Shown here: in pieces, positions 36,349 to 37,349 of the stretch
Numbering within the stretch: position 1 is the first letter of the stretch
How the letters are laid out: the number at the start of each line of letters is the position of its first letter
Virus record (IMG/VR): IMGVR_UViG_3300028326_000014
Coordinates: 1 to 37,349 of that record
Length of the DNA: 37,349 nt
Source: a virus
Taxonomy: Duplodnaviria > Caudoviricetes
Strand: one strand, 5' to 3'
Notes under the pieces: model-generated
The model's database searches: none
The model's input: only the letters and a program-made list of their open reading frames with translations
Told to the model about the DNA's origin: nothing
Translations under genes and position numbers: made by a program

Positions 36349-36525
36349 ATGCGGGAGATCCGTTGCGGAGAGTGTAACAAGTTGTTGGCCAAAGGGGAGG
36401 CACTCAACCTCTCCATTAAGTGCCCCAGATGTGGGGCCATGAATCTCCTGAGGGCCGCGAGCCCCGGACAAGAGCCCCAAGAGGCCCCATCAGGAGATCG
36501 AGTTGTATGTCGGGAGTCTGTTTAG
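36349..36525 (+). CDS. com: Com-like zinc-finger translational activator (58 aa, absent from the ORF track)
   Basis: MREIRCGECNKLLAKG...IKCPRCGAMN; overlaps the start of the downstream modification gene as in Mu. Confidence 0.92.
   Translation: MREIRCGECNKLLAKGEALNLSIKCPRCGAMNLLRAASPGQEPQEAPSGDRVVCRESV
36443..36498 (+). promoter_or_regulatory. Hairpin occluding the methyltransferase SD, with four GAGNNCC boxes
   Basis: ATCTCCTGA 36443-36451 pairs with TCAGGAGAT 36490-36498; GAGNNCC at 36450, 36459, 36472 and 36481. Confidence 0.75.
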
Positions 36526-37258
36526 CGGGGCTGGATTGGGCGACATCGCCGTCGAAGCGATCGGTCTTTCTCATGCCTGGTTTTGCGAGTGTGACCCATT
36601 TGCCCGCGCCGTTTTGGCGCGCCGTTGGCCGGATGTCCCGGTCTATCACGATGTGAGGGACATCCATGGCCAAGACGTCAAACCTGTCGATATCGTCATC
36701 GGTGGCTTCCCCTGTCAGGACATCAGTTGCGCCGGAAGCGGAGCAGGACTTGCGGGCAAGCGATCCGGCTTGTGGTTCGAGTATGCCCGCATCATTCGCG
36801 AGCTACGACCGCAATACGCGGTCGTGGAAAACGTCAAAGCGCTTCTCGGGCGGGGGCTCCACAGAGTTCTCGGAGATTTGGCCGAGATCGGGTATGATGC
36901 GGAGTGGGACGTGTTCCCGGCGGCCGCCTTTGGCGCCCCGCATTTGCGCGAGAGGCTTATCCTTGTTGCCTACTCCGGTGGCGATCGAGGGGCAGCCGGT
37001 GCGCCAATACTTGCGCCGGGAGGAAACCTGGCAATCCACCGGCAACCTGACGGCCCGGTTGATTGGAATGGTCTACGGCTTGCGGGAGCGCGATCCCAGG
37101 CCGCCGTATCGTCTTATCGTGGCCCCGTCGTTTGTCGAGTGGATGATGGGGGTGCCCATTGGCTGGACCGACTTAGATGTCTCGGCAACGGCATCACGCC
37201 TCCTGTCCTGCTGTGGCTCCTCGAAAGGATCATGATCGCGGACAGGATGGCCGCCTAG
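36503..37258 (+). CDS. C5-cytosine DNA methyltransferase, main (alpha-type) polypeptide
   Basis: SLFSGAG (I), GGFPCQD (IV), VENV (VI), PHLRERL (VIII), RLRCLGNG (X); TTG start with SD AGGAG. Confidence 0.92.
   Translation: MYVGSLFSGAGLGDIAVEAIGLSHAWFCECDPFARAVLARRWPDVPVYHDVRDIHGQDVKPVDIVIGGFPCQDISCAGSGAGLAGKRSGLWFEYARIIRELRPQYAVVENVKALLGRGLHRVLGDLAEIGYDAEWDVFPAAAFGAPHLRERLILVAYSGGDRGAAGAPILAPGGNLAIHRQPDGPVDWNGLRLAGARSQAAVSSYRGPVVCRVDDGGAHWLDRLRCLGNGITPPVLLWLLERIMIADRMAA
36666..37235 (+). CDS. Nested alternative-frame ORF, probable beta polypeptide of the methyltransferase
   Basis: 189 aa wholly inside the MTase gene; WPRSGMM, LLPTP, and motif-IX-like PSFVEWMMGVPIGWTD; GAGG upstream of the ATG. 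Confidence 0.75.
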   Translation: MAKTSNLSISSSVASPVRTSVAPEAEQDLRASDPACGSSMPASFASYDRNTRSWKTSKRFSGGGSTEFSEIWPRSGMMRSGTCSRRPPLAPRICARGLSLLPTPVAIEGQPVRQYLRREETWQSTGNLTARLIGMVYGLRERDPRPPYRLIVAPSFVEWMMGVPIGWTDLDVSATASRLLSCCGSSKGS

Positions 37259-37265
37259 AAAATAG

Positions 37266-37335
37266 CAACCAAAATGAGAAATCGGAGAGGCCTAGGCTGT
37301 CTCACTTTGCTTGATACGATTTCTCATTTTGGTTG
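37266..37335. repeat. Right-end transposase-binding sites R3 (37266-37284, inverted), R2 (37300-37313), R1 (37317-37335)
   Basis: R1 and R3 are a perfect 19-bp inverted pair (CAACCAAAATGAGAAATCG); R2 matches the L1/L3 variant; R1 starts 10 bp from the terminus, like L1. Confidence 0.88.
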
Positions 37336-37349
37336 TGCGCTTACAAGGC

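Larger units (their letters stand above)
44..37345 (+). mobile_element. Mu-like transposable prophage (contractile tail), apparently complete
   Basis: TGT (44-46) and ACA (37343-37345) termini, each followed after 10 bp by the same repeat. Carries MuA/MuB, gam, gemA, Mu-type terminase/portal/MuF/protease I, and com. Confidence 0.95.

Noticed and set aside
36503-37258. mom gene
   Set aside because: The protein has C5-cytosine methyltransferase motifs, not Mom features; only the position and com linkage are Mu-like.
37346-37349. AGGC as target-site duplication or as continuation of the tRNA
   Set aside because: It differs from AGCAG at the third base, and only 4 nt are visible.

Overview
The window is essentially one complete, GC-rich, Mu-like transposable myophage of about 37.3 kb (44..37345). 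It has TGT...ACA termini and Mu-style transposase-binding sites: L1-L3 on the left, and R1, R2 and an inverted R3 on the right. On the left it abuts the 5' half of a tRNA-Pro(TGG). Gene order is: S24-type repressor, early operon (Ner/Cro-like, MuA, MuB, Gam, NDT-like, GemA, HTH), accessory genes, secreted nuclease and lysis, terminase, portal, MuF-PBECR, protease/scaffold, capsid, contractile tail, patatin, com, and a C5 DNA methyltransferase in the mom position. The host is tentatively Desulfovibrio-like; that is inference only. The most striking layer is non-coding RNA: (1) two identical 67-bp type II hammerhead ribozymes bracket the transposition genes; (2) a tandem tRNA-like structured RNA with its own convergent promoter sits directly behind the MuF nuclease domain; (3) a C4-like cloverleaf RNA lies upstream of com; (4) a Com-type hairpin occludes the methyltransferase ribosome-binding site; (5) an unexplained structured element lies in the early operon. 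The methyltransferase appears split into two polypeptides encoded in overlapping frames. All protein calls come from motif recognition and synteny; no database search was run.
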